A stretch of 64,000 nt of DNA, taken from a virus. Its lineage: Duplodnaviria > Caudoviricetes. The position numbers and the translations under genes are program-made. Below are positions 9,801 to 19,975 of the stretch, piece by piece. Every line of letters begins with the position of its first letter. Within the stretch, counting starts at the first letter, position 1. The notes beneath the pieces are model-generated. The model saw only the letters and a list, made by a program, of their open reading frames with translations. It was not told the DNA's origin and ran no database searches. The stretch is taken from positions 30,130-94,129 of IMG/VR virus record IMGVR_UViG_3300020508_000005; one strand, written 5' to 3'.

Positions 9801-10335
9801 ACCACAAGTAGGATCGAAAACTACTTCAACACAGCAGCCAAAAAATCCACTTCAAGGTATGACGCCGCAAGATTTATTGAAAAAAGTTCAAGAAGAAAGG
9901 GCTCGACTGTTAGCAAGGCAGGCTCAAAGAACCACCCAAGCTTCGCCTAGTGCTCCAACTTCAGCACAACCAAAGCCAACTATTCAGCCACCAACTCCAA
10001 CGACACCTATTTCAACGACACCTGTTACTCCAGAAAGACAGATAGATAAAGCCGCATTACTTCAAAAGCTCCAATTATTAAAAGCCAAAAACGCTCCCAA
10101 AACGGAAGCGTTTACTAGCTTTCGAACTTGGCAAAATCTTTCTATTAAAGAAATGACAGGAACATCTGCTGTGTATGATAAAAAATTTAGAAAACCTAAA
10201 GCTGGTACAGGGTTTAATTGGTGGGGAGCACCGGGAAATATTGGCGGTACATCAATTGCAGGCGAAGTAGAAACTACTAATTCTGATCCAGATGGCACGA
10301 AAGGAATTAAACATGCCAGAAAACAACCAAAATAA
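6826..10335 (+). CDS. Large hypothetical protein (1169 aa), probably virion-internal
   Basis: Long ORF with GAGG RBS and GTG start; N-terminal KSFLDYM; Q/P/T-rich linker near C-terminus. Confidence 0.7.
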   Translation: MNKSFLDYMNNKQKYNLSESAPTGISHSELKMPLNFPPLSNFLMAIAGSEAVKGRVLNWVFSEGLMEASKNREVLYQMVLKVMEPITKPNNTTNVVTTPNVPFKKAVNEMAFKPEDIVGPDYDDSEEIKSVDLFSPQAWARSNYLKRADQIFRRTHGLGILAYYEKNLEPKTMTIDIDDQKGTRVIFDLPTIRQKVQAKKLTPFYFGSRLNESTGEIKIGYMQFVEKGDWLPSIHPRALINSNDQNGPSLEPLTTIDPDTKKIDTSRSVEVRNNKLQYNFQGGGFIPSKERADEQIRNMRFYFIKAASKDPSIPEEDKAYINSIAEFISQLQQTEVPLKGKGKAAGKAGMDNMRSGVEDRPLPNDVDTFKNLIAKGLQQPLRGFDEASFINIDGIGRNIENASEAQAINPDEGWWMRDPIKKGKVIIKFSKLHREAIFNKIFEREADGIYTGRLRYNTVKGLQYESSNGVQNIFNPNSKLNVSAIVNRAFDKDFKLKKDLSMTVFRLPTAADYKKIGKVQPQSEADWPQLGRPKKLGQVKKELKGFTPFMPEANEIIEKLWDMGFKWEASKKGQNENPLIPTDGYEPSYAFIKNPAGIRIKIAKEGELWFAYFPSDFATDEEVALKGHGVDVNAPLLGAKGSVFKSSRAGHIEAMAVGPKAWKVIEQELLKGPNGKLGEWEDWSKTPETDGPVYDSIWNIPSVVRGVQQAKAWFNKIYGKTDAMKEWFRTSNIAQALGGTTSSEAKPADHFDQTELQQWAVESLKLHSNDPAFQLGWTTQAQWEANTSTKNTLDDYLQTQFEKSLFGGNKKAYGIRALLMKTDAYGDIAKDNNELQQVIDQRIEEKIKQARINQNIESFFILPVFDERDDQGNRATPEIYQAYALNALEFRKRKVATFVADKMGEKLRNNENKATVPMPQGKTKEGESTQVDFADKGYLDMRGEYEPEDISHIQKLDDLYAKLGISPQDIISSPTKVVNKISQAVRGGQQTAPQVGSKTTSTQQPKNPLQGMTPQDLLKKVQEERARLLARQAQRTTQASPSAPTSAQPKPTIQPPTPTTPISTTPVTPERQIDKAALLQKLQLLKAKNAPKTEAFTSFRTWQNLSIKEMTGTSAVYDKKFRKPKAGTGFNWWGAPGNIGGTSIAGEVETTNSDPDGTKGIKHARKQPK

Positions 10336-10603
10336 CTTCATGCGTTACATGGCCAATCCCAAGGCTTTTACTATCAAAAAATGGCTTTATGAATTGCTTC
10401 AATTAAATTATGCTGCTCATGATCAAATTGTTGAGAGAGTTTCTTCTACTTTAGTCACCGACAGAGATCTTGAAGATTTCAGTAAATTGGTTGGTCAAAT
10501 TTTTGAAGCTGGATATAAAAAAGCTGTGGATGATTATCGCAAACAGTTTGAAGATATGGGATTGAAAGTTCAAATTATCACATCCGCAAATGAGACTAAC
10601 TAA
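10313..10603 (+). CDS. Hypothetical protein
   Basis: AAGGA RBS, intact ORF. Confidence 0.6.
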   Translation: MPENNQNNFMRYMANPKAFTIKKWLYELLQLNYAAHDQIVERVSSTLVTDRDLEDFSKLVGQIFEAGYKKAVDDYRKQFEDMGLKVQIITSANETN

Positions 10604-11258
10604 AATCAGGATTTAAATCTGATATTGTTCCTTTGCAAAGATGTCCGCCACTTTTTGATTCTGTTTCAGAAATTCGCCACCATCTCTCTCCGCCCTGTTG
10701 ATCTTTCTTTAAGATTATTGAATCTTTAGTAAGTTCACGCATACACCAAAATTGGATTTCAAGATCAGATTGTGCAATTATGACTGCGTCGAATATAAAT
10801 TTCGTTCCATATTTGTTAGTTGTATAGCTTGTTCCATACAATTCATCTTTCCACAATTTCTGGCCAATTACAGGAGCACAATAAAATTCAGTACCTCTAT
10901 CTTTAAGAATTTTAGCAGTTTTTTCATCTACGTGAATTGTGATGCTCTCTTGATCTTCTTTAATTGGCGGAGGCATTTCAGTAATTGGATCAGGAGCAGA
11001 AACCTCTTCTATAAAGTCTCTAGGAGATATAACTTGACTTGGCTCAGGACCTTGATATAAATCCAACTCTTCAGATATGTTTTTAACACTAGTAGCAAAT
11101 TCTTTTATTGGATTTCTACTATCGGCTATCACTTCTTCTTTTGATCCAAAGTGATTTACAAGTTTTACGGCTTCTTTATTCCAATCGCTCATATCTTTGA
11201 CCAAAGGATTTGGACCACGTAGTTTGTACACCTTCCCATCTTTGTCTTTAATTGCCAT
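10596..11258 (-). CDS. Hypothetical protein, possibly head-closure related
   Basis: N-terminus MAIKDKDGKVYKL resembles MAIKNPNGSTYQ of the gp14-like gene. Confidence 0.55.
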   Translation of the reverse strand: MAIKDKDGKVYKLRGPNPLVKDMSDWNKEAVKLVNHFGSKEEVIADSRNPIKEFATSVKNISEELDLYQGPEPSQVISPRDFIEEVSAPDPITEMPPPIKEDQESITIHVDEKTAKILKDRGTEFYCAPVIGQKLWKDELYGTSYTTNKYGTKFIFDAVIIAQSDLEIQFWCMRELTKDSIILKKDQQGGERWWRISETESKSGGHLCKGTISDLNPDFS

Positions 11259-11619
11259 ATTTGTAACCAACTTTTACTAAAGCATTCCCGCTTACTTTAA
11301 AATAATTAGTTTTTTTGTGCGATTGATTATTTACAATCTTAGATACCATCGACTGACTGATATTGTATTTTTCTGCAATCTCTTTTTGTTTATATTTTCC
11401 AGTTTGGTATAAATTTCTTATATCAGAAATTATTTGACTACTAAGATTTTTAGGTCCGTGATTCATTTTAGCCATGTCATAATCTTTAATGATTCGATCT
11501 AAAGTTCTTTCTGATATTTCAAAATAGTTGCAAATATCTTTTCTAGCACAATTTGCAAGTATTTCAATCAATTCTTCTTTGGAAATATTCAATGATTTTA
11601 TTTTAGATGGTTTTGGCAT
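11248..11619 (-). CDS. Tandem helix-turn-helix DNA-binding protein
   Basis: KDICNYFEISERTLDRII and KQKEIAEKYNISQSMVSKIV. Confidence 0.7.
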   Translation of the reverse strand: MPKPSKIKSLNISKEELIEILANCARKDICNYFEISERTLDRIIKDYDMAKMNHGPKNLSSQIISDIRNLYQTGKYKQKEIAEKYNISQSMVSKIVNNQSHKKTNYFKVSGNALVKVGYKYGN

Positions 11620-11688
11620 TTGAATTTCCTTTAAATATTACTTCGCCAATATGTATATAATATAAACTCTTTATTGAAAGGAAAATTT

Positions 11689-12090
11689 ATGCCTATTGTA
11701 TGTCCTGATGTTCATGGAGAACTTTTATTGCTTCAATATATTGTTGGAATGGTCAATGCGGATAATCCAGTTTTGCACTTGTATGCCAATGACATTGTTC
11801 CTTCTGACACCACAGTGAAGGCTGATTTAACTGAAATTGGCACTCAAACTGGCTATACTCCAATAACTTTATTGTCAGCTAATTGGACCACTGTGCAATC
11901 AAGTGGCGTGACTTCGGCAGTTTATTCAGAGCAGACTTTTACTTTCACTACAGACACAACTGCGTATGGCTATTATGTTACCAATCAATCGAATCAACTA
12001 TTGTGGCTTGAAAGATTTACTGGTGCCCCATTTGAGATACCAGATGGCGGTGGAAGCATTAGTGTCACAGCAAGTCTTACCTTGAGCTAA
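11689..12090 (+). CDS. Virion structural protein (beta-rich minor tail type)
   Basis: LHLYANDIVP..T..ADLTE..GY.PITL...W..YGYYV pattern common in myovirus structural proteins. Confidence 0.6.
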   Translation: MPIVCPDVHGELLLLQYIVGMVNADNPVLHLYANDIVPSDTTVKADLTEIGTQTGYTPITLLSANWTTVQSSGVTSAVYSEQTFTFTTDTTAYGYYVTNQSNQLLWLERFTGAPFEIPDGGGSISVTASLTLS

Positions 12091-12118
12091 AAAGACCGTG
12101 ATGTGACACGGCCTTTTT
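12089..12118. terminator. Bidirectional terminator between convergent genes
   Basis: AAAAAGACCGTG-ATGTGA-CACGGCCTTTTT. Confidence 0.6.
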
Positions 12119-12136
12119 AGCATACTCATAGTAGTT

Positions 12137-13378
12137 TTACTTAGTTGAAGACATGACAAATTTAATGCCATCTTCTAAATGTTTTTGAGCAAATTCTTGA
12201 AGATTAGATGGCTTTAAATTTTCGGCACATTCTTTGATTAAATTAATATTCATTAATTTTTGATGTTGTTCAACAAACCAAGCATTATCAATTGATAGTT
12301 CAATTCCAGCCATGACAGTGTTGGCAACTCCGTGAACATTTTGAAGACCTTTAATCTTGCTGTAAATGTATTGTTTTTTGCATATTTCAAACAATTCATC
12401 GGGAAATCCATTTTCCTTTACTTTATTGAATAGCTTGACAAGTTCTTCTTCTGCTTTTTCGAGATGTTCATTGCTTGTCAGCATTGATATAATTGCATGG
12501 TTGTTTTCATAGTGACTAAAGCCACTTATTGAAACGCCATAACATAATCCAAGATCATCACGAATATGTTCGTACAAGTACTTGTTTAATGCATACATGA
12601 AAAATGTAGGAACAAATTTTTGTTCAATATTTTCTTTGAGAGAAATCCATTTTTGAACATGGCCGAATGCAGCTTGTTCAAATCTGCTGGTTTCAAAAGC
12701 GTATCTCTTCTCTTCATTCAAAAGAGAATTTAGGCAAGTCCCTGTTTTTTGAACTTGTGGGATTTGTGGTAAAATTTTATTCACCGCATCCATCACATGT
12801 GTGAATTTTAAATTGCCAACAATAATCAAACCCATATTTTGTTGGCCGTACCATTTATTTCGGTATCGATGCAATTTTTCGGGGCTCATGTCACGAATAG
12901 ACTGTTCTGTTCCAATGATGGGGTGTGTTTCTGTTGTGCCAAAACATTTTTTAGCTACAAAATTCCAGAAAAATTCGGTGGGATAATTATCATACATACG
13001 CCACTCTTCAATTATAACACTTTTTTCTTTTTCAAATTCTTGCTCAGGAAAGTTCGAATCGAAAACAGCTTCTTTCAAAAGCATTAAACCTTTTTCGAAG
13101 TCTTCATTAAGAGCATCAAAATGATATGTGGTGGCAAAATAGTTTGTGGATGCATTAAAAGATCCAACCAAAGCTTGATCACGAGAAATTTGGTGTTTAT
13201 TTTTAAGTGGGGTCCCTTGAAAACAACAGTGCTCAAGAAAGTGAGCAACGCCCCAAGAATCTTGATCCTCTTGAGCAGAGCCGCAATTAGCGACTAAAAT
13301 TACCTTGCAAATAGCAGAATCGGGCATTTTGACATGATAAACTGGAATGCCCGAATTACAAACTGAGTAGTTCAACAT
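12137..13378 (-). CDS. M16 family zinc peptidase
   Basis: GVAHFLEH (HxxEH), NAST, EKEKSVIIEE, HPIIGT, IRDDLGLCY. Confidence 0.92.
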   Translation of the reverse strand: MLNYSVCNSGIPVYHVKMPDSAICKVILVANCGSAQEDQDSWGVAHFLEHCCFQGTPLKNKHQISRDQALVGSFNASTNYFATTYHFDALNEDFEKGLMLLKEAVFDSNFPEQEFEKEKSVIIEEWRMYDNYPTEFFWNFVAKKCFGTTETHPIIGTEQSIRDMSPEKLHRYRNKWYGQQNMGLIIVGNLKFTHVMDAVNKILPQIPQVQKTGTCLNSLLNEEKRYAFETSRFEQAAFGHVQKWISLKENIEQKFVPTFFMYALNKYLYEHIRDDLGLCYGVSISGFSHYENNHAIISMLTSNEHLEKAEEELVKLFNKVKENGFPDELFEICKKQYIYSKIKGLQNVHGVANTVMAGIELSIDNAWFVEQHQKLMNINLIKECAENLKPSNLQEFAQKHLEDGIKFVMSSTK

Positions 13379-13485
13379 TTGACTTTTTCTTTTTGTTGGA
13401 AAAAATTATAACATAGCCATGAATCGGCTTTATATAATTTATACCAAACTTAAAACAAAACTCAATATGTTTTTTGAAAACAAAT

Positions 13486-13968
13486 TCATTTCTTAACGCT
13501 TGGAAGTCCAACCATTTGGCCATAAAGCATAACCCATTGAGCTTCCATTTGGTCTGAAGGCTTTGGTTTGAAGTTGCCTTTACGATATTTTTCTATGATC
13601 CAATCGATAGCATGAGAAATTAAAACATTGATGACATAATCACGCACCAAAGCAGAAAAGGGCCGAAGCCAAATTGGCATAGCTTCTTTGATGATGTAAT
13701 CGTAGATTTTACCAATCGCAGCTAGCACTGTAGCTTTTTTATCTGCTCCAGTGGCACTATCAATTTGATCAACATATGCAATAAGATCATCTAAGCATTT
13801 AAGTAAAAAATCAGTTACGGGGGTCAAGCTTCGCACTGCCCAAAATTGCCACCACGACGCTGTTTTTTCCATAGAGTCCCATAAGGCTTTCATAGAATCA
13901 ACAAACATATCAATGTAATTGTTTTCAATCACTTTGCCGACTGGATTTGGACTTTCTTTAATTTGCAT
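13486..13968 (-). CDS. Hypothetical protein
   Basis: Intact ORF with RBS. Confidence 0.6.
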   Translation of the reverse strand: MQIKESPNPVGKVIENNYIDMFVDSMKALWDSMEKTASWWQFWAVRSLTPVTDFLLKCLDDLIAYVDQIDSATGADKKATVLAAIGKIYDYIIKEAMPIWLRPFSALVRDYVINVLISHAIDWIIEKYRKGNFKPKPSDQMEAQWVMLYGQMVGLPSVKK

Positions 13969-14170
13969 CTGTTTCACCTTTGATTTCCTTCAGCCAAACC
14001 GCAAAGACATCGTCAACATGCTTCGTTAAAATAGCATCAATTACTCCAGCATTAAATTCTTTTATTTTTTCTAAAAGTTGTTGAACTTGTTCTACAGAAA
14101 TATCAGCTTTTATTGACTCGTTTTTTTGATTGTTTTTAAACAATCTGCCCAACGCAAATACATTCTTCAT
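13958..14170 (-). CDS. Hypothetical protein
   Basis: GAGGTG RBS, 70 aa. Confidence 0.55.
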   Translation of the reverse strand: MKNVFALGRLFKNNQKNESIKADISVEQVQQLLEKIKEFNAGVIDAILTKHVDDVFAVWLKEIKGETDAN

Positions 14171-14253
14171 GTGTCACCTCTTGTAAAACATGGTCACATA
14201 CTATTTACCCTTGATAACCATAAAACGACACATTAAGAATACATACTTTTGTT

Positions 14254-14847
14254 ATGGCTATCAAAAACCCAAATGGCAGTACTTATCAACCTAGCGGCTC
14301 TTTGCAGCAATTCGATCCAGAGAATCTGGAGTATGATCTTTTCAATGTATGGGATCAAGAAGTAATAGAAATAGGTGGATCACCTTTATTATATTACGAT
14401 GTATTTATTAATGTAAATAACATAGACGACTTATATGTTGAGGCTAGAGATAAGATTTATAGCCAATCTCCTATTCAAATCTATGGATATTACGACCCGA
14501 TTCCTTCACAAAACATGATGGGCGTTTTTGGAGTCGATAGTCCAGATGAGATGATGTTTGAGTTTAATTATCGACATGTTTTGAAGACTTTAGGTCATGC
14601 TCCAAAGATTGGGTCTCGAATTTTTTCACCTCACAAGCGTGAAAATTGGATGGTAATTCAGAGAAATGTTGAAGTTTTTAAACTATGGGGAGAGCTTAGA
14701 TTGCAGGTAATGTGCGTTAGATTTCAAGAATCTCTTACTACTGGTGAAGGTAAAGTTAGCCAAAGACAACCAGATTTTAAAGTCAACAGTATTAAAGATA
14801 TCAGAAACAAAACTACTAATTGGGCTGGTGGCCAAGAATCGCCTTAA
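14254..14847 (+). CDS. Neck / head-closure protein, T4 gp14-like
   Basis: QEVIEIGGSPLLYY..IDDLYVEA..K.Y..FGVD.PDE.MF..PKIGSRI pattern; precedes gp15-like gene and sheath. Confidence 0.7.
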   Translation: MAIKNPNGSTYQPSGSLQQFDPENLEYDLFNVWDQEVIEIGGSPLLYYDVFINVNNIDDLYVEARDKIYSQSPIQIYGYYDPIPSQNMMGVFGVDSPDEMMFEFNYRHVLKTLGHAPKIGSRIFSPHKRENWMVIQRNVEVFKLWGELRLQVMCVRFQESLTTGEGKVSQRQPDFKVNSIKDIRNKTTNWAGGQESP

Positions 14848-15114
14848 GGCGGAGAAATGATTTGGTTCTTACGCAAAGCTATTGCATTTTTGCAGAAATA
14901 AAGAGGCACCTTAACCTTTTTAATAGGCGGTACAATCTTTGTTTTTCTAATTTTGCAAGTTGTATTAAGCAATATCTTATAGGGTTTCATGCATTATATT
15001 AGTAAAAAATAGCTTAAATTATCAAACTTTATGTTTTCTAATAAAAGATCCAATCAATCTAATAAAGAAGTCTGGATATTGAAAACTAAACCATAGATAA
15101 ACGTGAGGAAAAAA

Positions 15115-16131
15115 ATGAGCGAGCCTAATCTTAACCCTTGTAGCGAACCGGGATTTATTGATGACATCAATATAGATCCTTCGTCGCCATATTGCAGAGA
15201 AGGCCAAGTTATTTCAAGCTCTGGCACTATAGACAAGAAACCATTTAAAGAAAGTCAAAGTGATGTGGCCAACCAAGATATGTCTTGGTTGGAAGAAGCA
15301 ACACAAAGTAAGCTTGGAAATGGTTCAGCAGTCATGTGTGACCCACAACAAACTGGTCACATAATTAATGAACAGGGCATGTCTCCCCCAAACCGAAACA
15401 TAGTATATCGATACGCTAAATCTATTCGTGGAACCGACGAAGCTGTCAAAGACTTATTTAAAGACATAGTTGTCCAAGATGAGTCTGGTAAAGTCCATAA
15501 TGTCCCTATTATTTGGGGCACACAGGAAAAAGCAGTTGCTTATATTCTGCAAGAAAACATGCGTAAAGATGAAAGTTTGGTAGTAGACCGCATTCGGTTA
15601 CCGATGTTGGCGATTCATTCTTCAGACTTCAATTTTAATCAAGACAGATACATCTATCACAAAGCAATTGATTATCTTAGAAATCCAAGAGACAACTGGA
15701 GGCCCGGTTTTACGACAAGCGAAAGATATGAAAGAGATACCGTCTTTGGAGTGACTAGAGGTATACCAGTGGATATTGGTTACAGCTTGTATGCGTGGAC
15801 GATGTATGAAGAAGACATGAATCAGATTCTCACTCAAATAGTAACAAAATTCTCACCGATAGCATACATACGGGTAAAGGGAATCTCGTGGGAGATCGGA
15901 GTTAAGCTAACAAGTATTGCTAATAACGTCGATTATGAGCCCGGAGATAAAGCTGTTCGAGTATTTAAGTATCAATTTAGTTTTACAGCAGAGTCATTTG
16001 TTGCACAACCTATTGTAAGGCGAAAAGCCGTTCTTAAAACTCGCATCGAAATCACCGACTCACCTAACGAGGAAGACATTACAGAAGTGCTAACTCGGTT
16101 AGAGCAAGCAGTAAAGGAATTGGAAGAATGA
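15115..16131 (+). CDS. Tail terminator / sheath stabilizer, T4 gp15-like
   Basis: VPIIWGTQEK, LPMLAI, PVDIGYSL..WT...EDMNQILTQI..KFSP; synteny. Confidence 0.8.
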   Translation: MSEPNLNPCSEPGFIDDINIDPSSPYCREGQVISSSGTIDKKPFKESQSDVANQDMSWLEEATQSKLGNGSAVMCDPQQTGHIINEQGMSPPNRNIVYRYAKSIRGTDEAVKDLFKDIVVQDESGKVHNVPIIWGTQEKAVAYILQENMRKDESLVVDRIRLPMLAIHSSDFNFNQDRYIYHKAIDYLRNPRDNWRPGFTTSERYERDTVFGVTRGIPVDIGYSLYAWTMYEEDMNQILTQIVTKFSPIAYIRVKGISWEIGVKLTSIANNVDYEPGDKAVRVFKYQFSFTAESFVAQPIVRRKAVLKTRIEITDSPNEEDITEVLTRLEQAVKELEE

Positions 16132-16352
16132 TTGAGATTAAGAACAAGCAAAAAAGCCCAGTGCAGCTAGTGGTGAGATCGAGGAAGGCTCCCCGTGCTT
16201 TCACGACCTTGATTATTCCCGGTATTGGCAAGGGAAACAATGTCAGGCTAATCGAGGATGAGTTGGTAACTGAATACATAGAACGAGTCGAAAAGATGGG
16301 CCTGATAACGACTAAATATGTACCAAACAATGAAATTCGTAAGGGAGAGTAA
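16128..16352 (+). CDS. Small hypothetical protein in tail operon
   Basis: ATGA overlap with gp15-like gene. Confidence 0.6.
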   Translation: MIEIKNKQKSPVQLVVRSRKAPRAFTTLIIPGIGKGNNVRLIEDELVTEYIERVEKMGLITTKYVPNNEIRKGE

Positions 16353-16355
16353 GAC

Positions 16356-18710
16356 ATGGCTATTTTAAGGGGATTTCCGCCATCTAACACGATTTCGCCA
16401 AGCGTCAGAATCACCGAAAAGGATTTGAGCTTCATTGCTCCCGAACAATCCTTTCACCGTGCTGGCTTAGTTGGATTCGCAAGTAAGGGACCAATCAACG
16501 TCCCAACTTTGATTTCAACCCAGCGTCAGTTGAATACTGTGTTCGGGTACCCGCATCCTGAAAGCGGCGATCCTTATCTGATTTATGCTGCCGAGCAATA
16601 CCTGTTAGTGGCAAACGAACTATATGTTGTTCGTGTTGCTGATGAAGAAAACGTTAGCGACGAAAAAGCAGACACAGCTTCTGTAGATATTCCATCTGCT
16701 GGTGGAAGAATCGTGGTTATGTCGCAAGAACAAGGACCATACACTTTTGCAAACGATTCGTTCTTCCGTTGGAGACTAAACGGCGTTCTGATGTCTAAGA
16801 CCTTGGTGGTCTTGGCTGGAACATATACCGCTGCTCAACTCGCTGAAGAAATGAACTTGCAATTAGACGGTCAAGTAGATGGCATCGAGTTTGTAACTGA
16901 CACAGGCGACGATTATATCGGCGTTCAAACCACTTGGGCGTTTGGTCCAGATAGTGAGTTGGAACTCGTGTCTGTTCAAGATGCAATGTACGGTGGGGCT
17001 GTAATTGATGGCAACGTAACTGGTCTTGGCACGGGTATGACCCAAGCTGAGATTACAGGTAGCAACGACCGTTATCCAGCATCCTATCAAGCCGCTGGTG
17101 AATACGATCTAGCTGGTTTAAGTGATCTCAATATTCAAATTGTTGTTGACGGAACAGATAATGTTCTTATTGATAACGTAGTTCAAATTATTGATCTTGC
17201 AGATATTGAAGGAACTGAATCCACAATTGCTGAAGTTGTTACTGAAATTAACAGTCAGTTGGTGGAAAATGGTGGTGATCTACCGGGCGGTTGGGAGGCT
17301 TATGCAGATGGCGATAATTTGGCTTTCCGCACCATGCACCATGGTCGTGATGCACGCCTTTTGATCAAACCAGACAGCACTGCTGCTGCACTTTTCGGCC
17401 TAGAAAGCGTCACTAAAGTTGGTGATAGCCCAATTGGGACTTCAGGCGATCCAGCCGAAGATACCTATGGTCGTATTAATGGCGATAGCAACTCTACTGG
17501 TGCAGTAACATTCACCATTAATGCAGATTCTGCTGGTATTGACGGTAATGCAACTCAGGTTGTAATCGAGAACAATATTCGTGAAGGCAACTTCATTCTA
17601 CAAATTTACAACAATGGAGTAGAAGTAGAAACTTGGGGTGGTCTAACCAAAGATGAAAACTCAAGATTCTATGTTGAGACCTTCTTGTCACTAGTTTCTG
17701 ATTGGATTCGTGTTTCAGACAATACTGCTAATTCCGCTCCTCCACTAGACGGAACTTACCGCCTTGAAGGCGGATCTGATGGTATTCCTTCTGATCCAGA
17801 TATGCAAGATGAGTTAATTATTGGCAATAGAGTTGGCTACTCCGGTATGTACGCTCTATCAGAGCCAGAACAAATTGATCTTGACTTGATCGCTGTTCCG
17901 GGTCATAGCAGCACAGCAGTTGTGACCGCTTTGTTGGATTTATGCCAAAATGTTCGTATGGACTGCTTGGCGATTATTGATCCTCCATTTGGTCTTACTG
18001 TGAAGGAAATAGTTCATTGGCAAAATGGCTCGCACCCACTTAACACTGTAAGATTTGACAGTGATTTTGGTGCTCTTTACTGGCCTTGGGTCAAGATTAG
18101 AGACAACTTCAATAGAGTTGATATTTGGGCTCCTCCATCCGGTTCAGTTATGGCGACTATTGCTCGTTCCGATCAATTGTCAGCCCCATGGTTTGCTCCT
18201 GCGGGTGTTAATCGTGGTAATGTGCCTAACATTACAGATGTATTCAGTCGTCCAACGCTTGAAGAAAGAGATCTGATGTATGGCTATAGAAACGCTATTA
18301 ATCCAATCGTTCAATTTGTTGATTTTGATGGCTTTGTTATCTGGGGTCAAAAAACTCTTCAACGTCGCCCAACAGCTTTGGATCGTGTTAACGTCCGTCG
18401 CTTGATGTTCGTGATCGAGAAAAGAATTCGTGCTGCCAGCCGTCAATTGCTATTCGATCCTCACGACGACATTCTACGCCAGAAGTTTGTAAGAATTTCA
18501 ACAGCAATTCTTTCTGAAATTCAGGTAGGTAGAGGGGTTAATGACTTCCGTGTGAAGTGCGATGAAGAACTTAACACGGCAGATGTGATCGATAGAAATG
18601 AAATGCGTGCTCGAATCGGCGTTCAACCTATTCGTGCTGCTGAGTTTATCTTTATCGAGTTTAGCATCCACAGAACTGGAAGCTTCGGAGAGAACGCCGA
18701 TACGTTCTAA
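16356..18710 (+). CDS. Tail sheath protein, T4 gp18-like
   Basis: SPSVRITEKDLS, GFASKGP, YWPW, PWFAPAG..RG, WGQKTL, DRVNVRRL, EFIFIEF. Confidence 0.97.
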   Translation: MAILRGFPPSNTISPSVRITEKDLSFIAPEQSFHRAGLVGFASKGPINVPTLISTQRQLNTVFGYPHPESGDPYLIYAAEQYLLVANELYVVRVADEENVSDEKADTASVDIPSAGGRIVVMSQEQGPYTFANDSFFRWRLNGVLMSKTLVVLAGTYTAAQLAEEMNLQLDGQVDGIEFVTDTGDDYIGVQTTWAFGPDSELELVSVQDAMYGGAVIDGNVTGLGTGMTQAEITGSNDRYPASYQAAGEYDLAGLSDLNIQIVVDGTDNVLIDNVVQIIDLADIEGTESTIAEVVTEINSQLVENGGDLPGGWEAYADGDNLAFRTMHHGRDARLLIKPDSTAAALFGLESVTKVGDSPIGTSGDPAEDTYGRINGDSNSTGAVTFTINADSAGIDGNATQVVIENNIREGNFILQIYNNGVEVETWGGLTKDENSRFYVETFLSLVSDWIRVSDNTANSAPPLDGTYRLEGGSDGIPSDPDMQDELIIGNRVGYSGMYALSEPEQIDLDLIAVPGHSSTAVVTALLDLCQNVRMDCLAIIDPPFGLTVKEIVHWQNGSHPLNTVRFDSDFGALYWPWVKIRDNFNRVDIWAPPSGSVMATIARSDQLSAPWFAPAGVNRGNVPNITDVFSRPTLEERDLMYGYRNAINPIVQFVDFDGFVIWGQKTLQRRPTALDRVNVRRLMFVIEKRIRAASRQLLFDPHDDILRQKFVRISTAILSEIQVGRGVNDFRVKCDEELNTADVIDRNEMRARIGVQPIRAAEFIFIEFSIHRTGSFGENADTF

Positions 18711-18724
18711 GAAATAAAAAAGAC

Positions 18725-18757
18725 TAAGGTATCCGGGGAATATCCCCGGATACCTTA
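18725..18757. repeat. Perfect 15-bp inverted repeat between sheath and first tube gene (processing or stabilizing hairpin)
   Basis: TAAGGTATCCGGGGA-ATA-TCCCCGGATACCTTA; no U tract. Confidence 0.7.
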
Positions 18758-18782
18758 TGGCTATGAAAGATAGAGGTAAGAA

Positions 18783-19331
18783 ATGGGAATGGGAATAGGA
18801 AGACTTGGTGCCCCAAACATCATCATAAAAAGAAAGTTTCGCTGGACCTTGCGTATTGAAACGCCTAGGGGAACAATCCCAGAGCATTACGTAAAAGTAG
18901 CGGCTAGACCACAACTTGATATTGATGAAACAGAGATAAATTTTCTGAATGCGACAACATGGATTCCCGGTAAAGGCAAATGGCAACCAATAACCGTTTC
19001 ATACATTGATGTTGCCGCTGATGACGTTGGTCCTTTGTATGATTGGATAGCTTCAGTTTACAACTTCAACACACAAAATCCGTCAACTGACTTGCCTCAA
19101 ACAGAGAAGATTGGTTGGAATGCAACAGCAATTTTACAAGTTTATGATGGTTGTGGCAAAGCATTAGAACGATGGAAGTTGCAGTCAGTATGGCCACAGT
19201 CGGTAAATTTTGGCGATCTGGATATGGCTGACTCATCAGAGCTTACGATAGACCTTACTTTAAGATATTCAGAAGTCAATTACCAAAACCTATGCGGCCC
19301 TCAAGTAGTGGGTTCATGCATAGGTTGTTAA
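18783..19331 (+). CDS. Tail tube protein paralog 1, gp19-like
   Basis: KRKFRW, RP.L, W.PGK.KWQPITV, WPQSVNFGDLD, LTLRY. Confidence 0.9.
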   Translation: MGMGIGRLGAPNIIIKRKFRWTLRIETPRGTIPEHYVKVAARPQLDIDETEINFLNATTWIPGKGKWQPITVSYIDVAADDVGPLYDWIASVYNFNTQNPSTDLPQTEKIGWNATAILQVYDGCGKALERWKLQSVWPQSVNFGDLDMADSSELTIDLTLRYSEVNYQNLCGPQVVGSCIGC

Positions 19332-19352
19332 AACAAATTTTAGGAGAATAAA

Positions 19353-19955
19353 ATGGCTGACAAAAAACCAATGGGTATTGGAGTTATTGGGCAACCAGAT
19401 ATGGTGTTCAAGCGTAAATTTCGCTGGACATTCGAAATTCTTGGTTTTTGCGACAATCAGAAAAACGTAGTTCCTGAGAGCTTTGTTAATGTTGCTTCAC
19501 GTCCAAATCTCTCCATCGAAGAAACCGAAATAAATCACTTGAATGCTAAGACTTGGATTCCGGGCAAGGCATCTTGGGAAACTATAACAGTTACATATCT
19601 CGATGTAGCACACTCAGAGATGCGTACACTGTGGAACTGGCTTGCAACAGTTTATGACTTCACAGATCCAATCAATCTCCGTCAAGGTGAAAGAAGAGAC
19701 TGGGATGCTACTGGATTATTAAGCATGTATGATGGTTGCGGTACATTAATTGAAATGTGGCAACTTCAAAGACTGTGGCCAACGTCAATTAATTTTGGCG
19801 ATTTGGATTACAGTTCTTCAGACATTGCAACAATCGAACTAACCCTTCGTTATTCAGATGTTAAATACAGAAGCTACTGCCCAGACTTCCAACCAGAACC
19901 TTGCTGTGGTGGTTGCGGCACTACTGTAAAGTATCCAAATAAGACATACATCTAA
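19353..19955 (+). CDS. Tail tube protein paralog 2
   Basis: Same gp19 motifs; C-terminal CCGGC. Confidence 0.9.
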   Translation: MADKKPMGIGVIGQPDMVFKRKFRWTFEILGFCDNQKNVVPESFVNVASRPNLSIEETEINHLNAKTWIPGKASWETITVTYLDVAHSEMRTLWNWLATVYDFTDPINLRQGERRDWDATGLLSMYDGCGTLIEMWQLQRLWPTSINFGDLDYSSSDIATIELTLRYSDVKYRSYCPDFQPEPCCGGCGTTVKYPNKTYI

Positions 19956-19975
19956 TAGATAGATAGGAGTTAGAA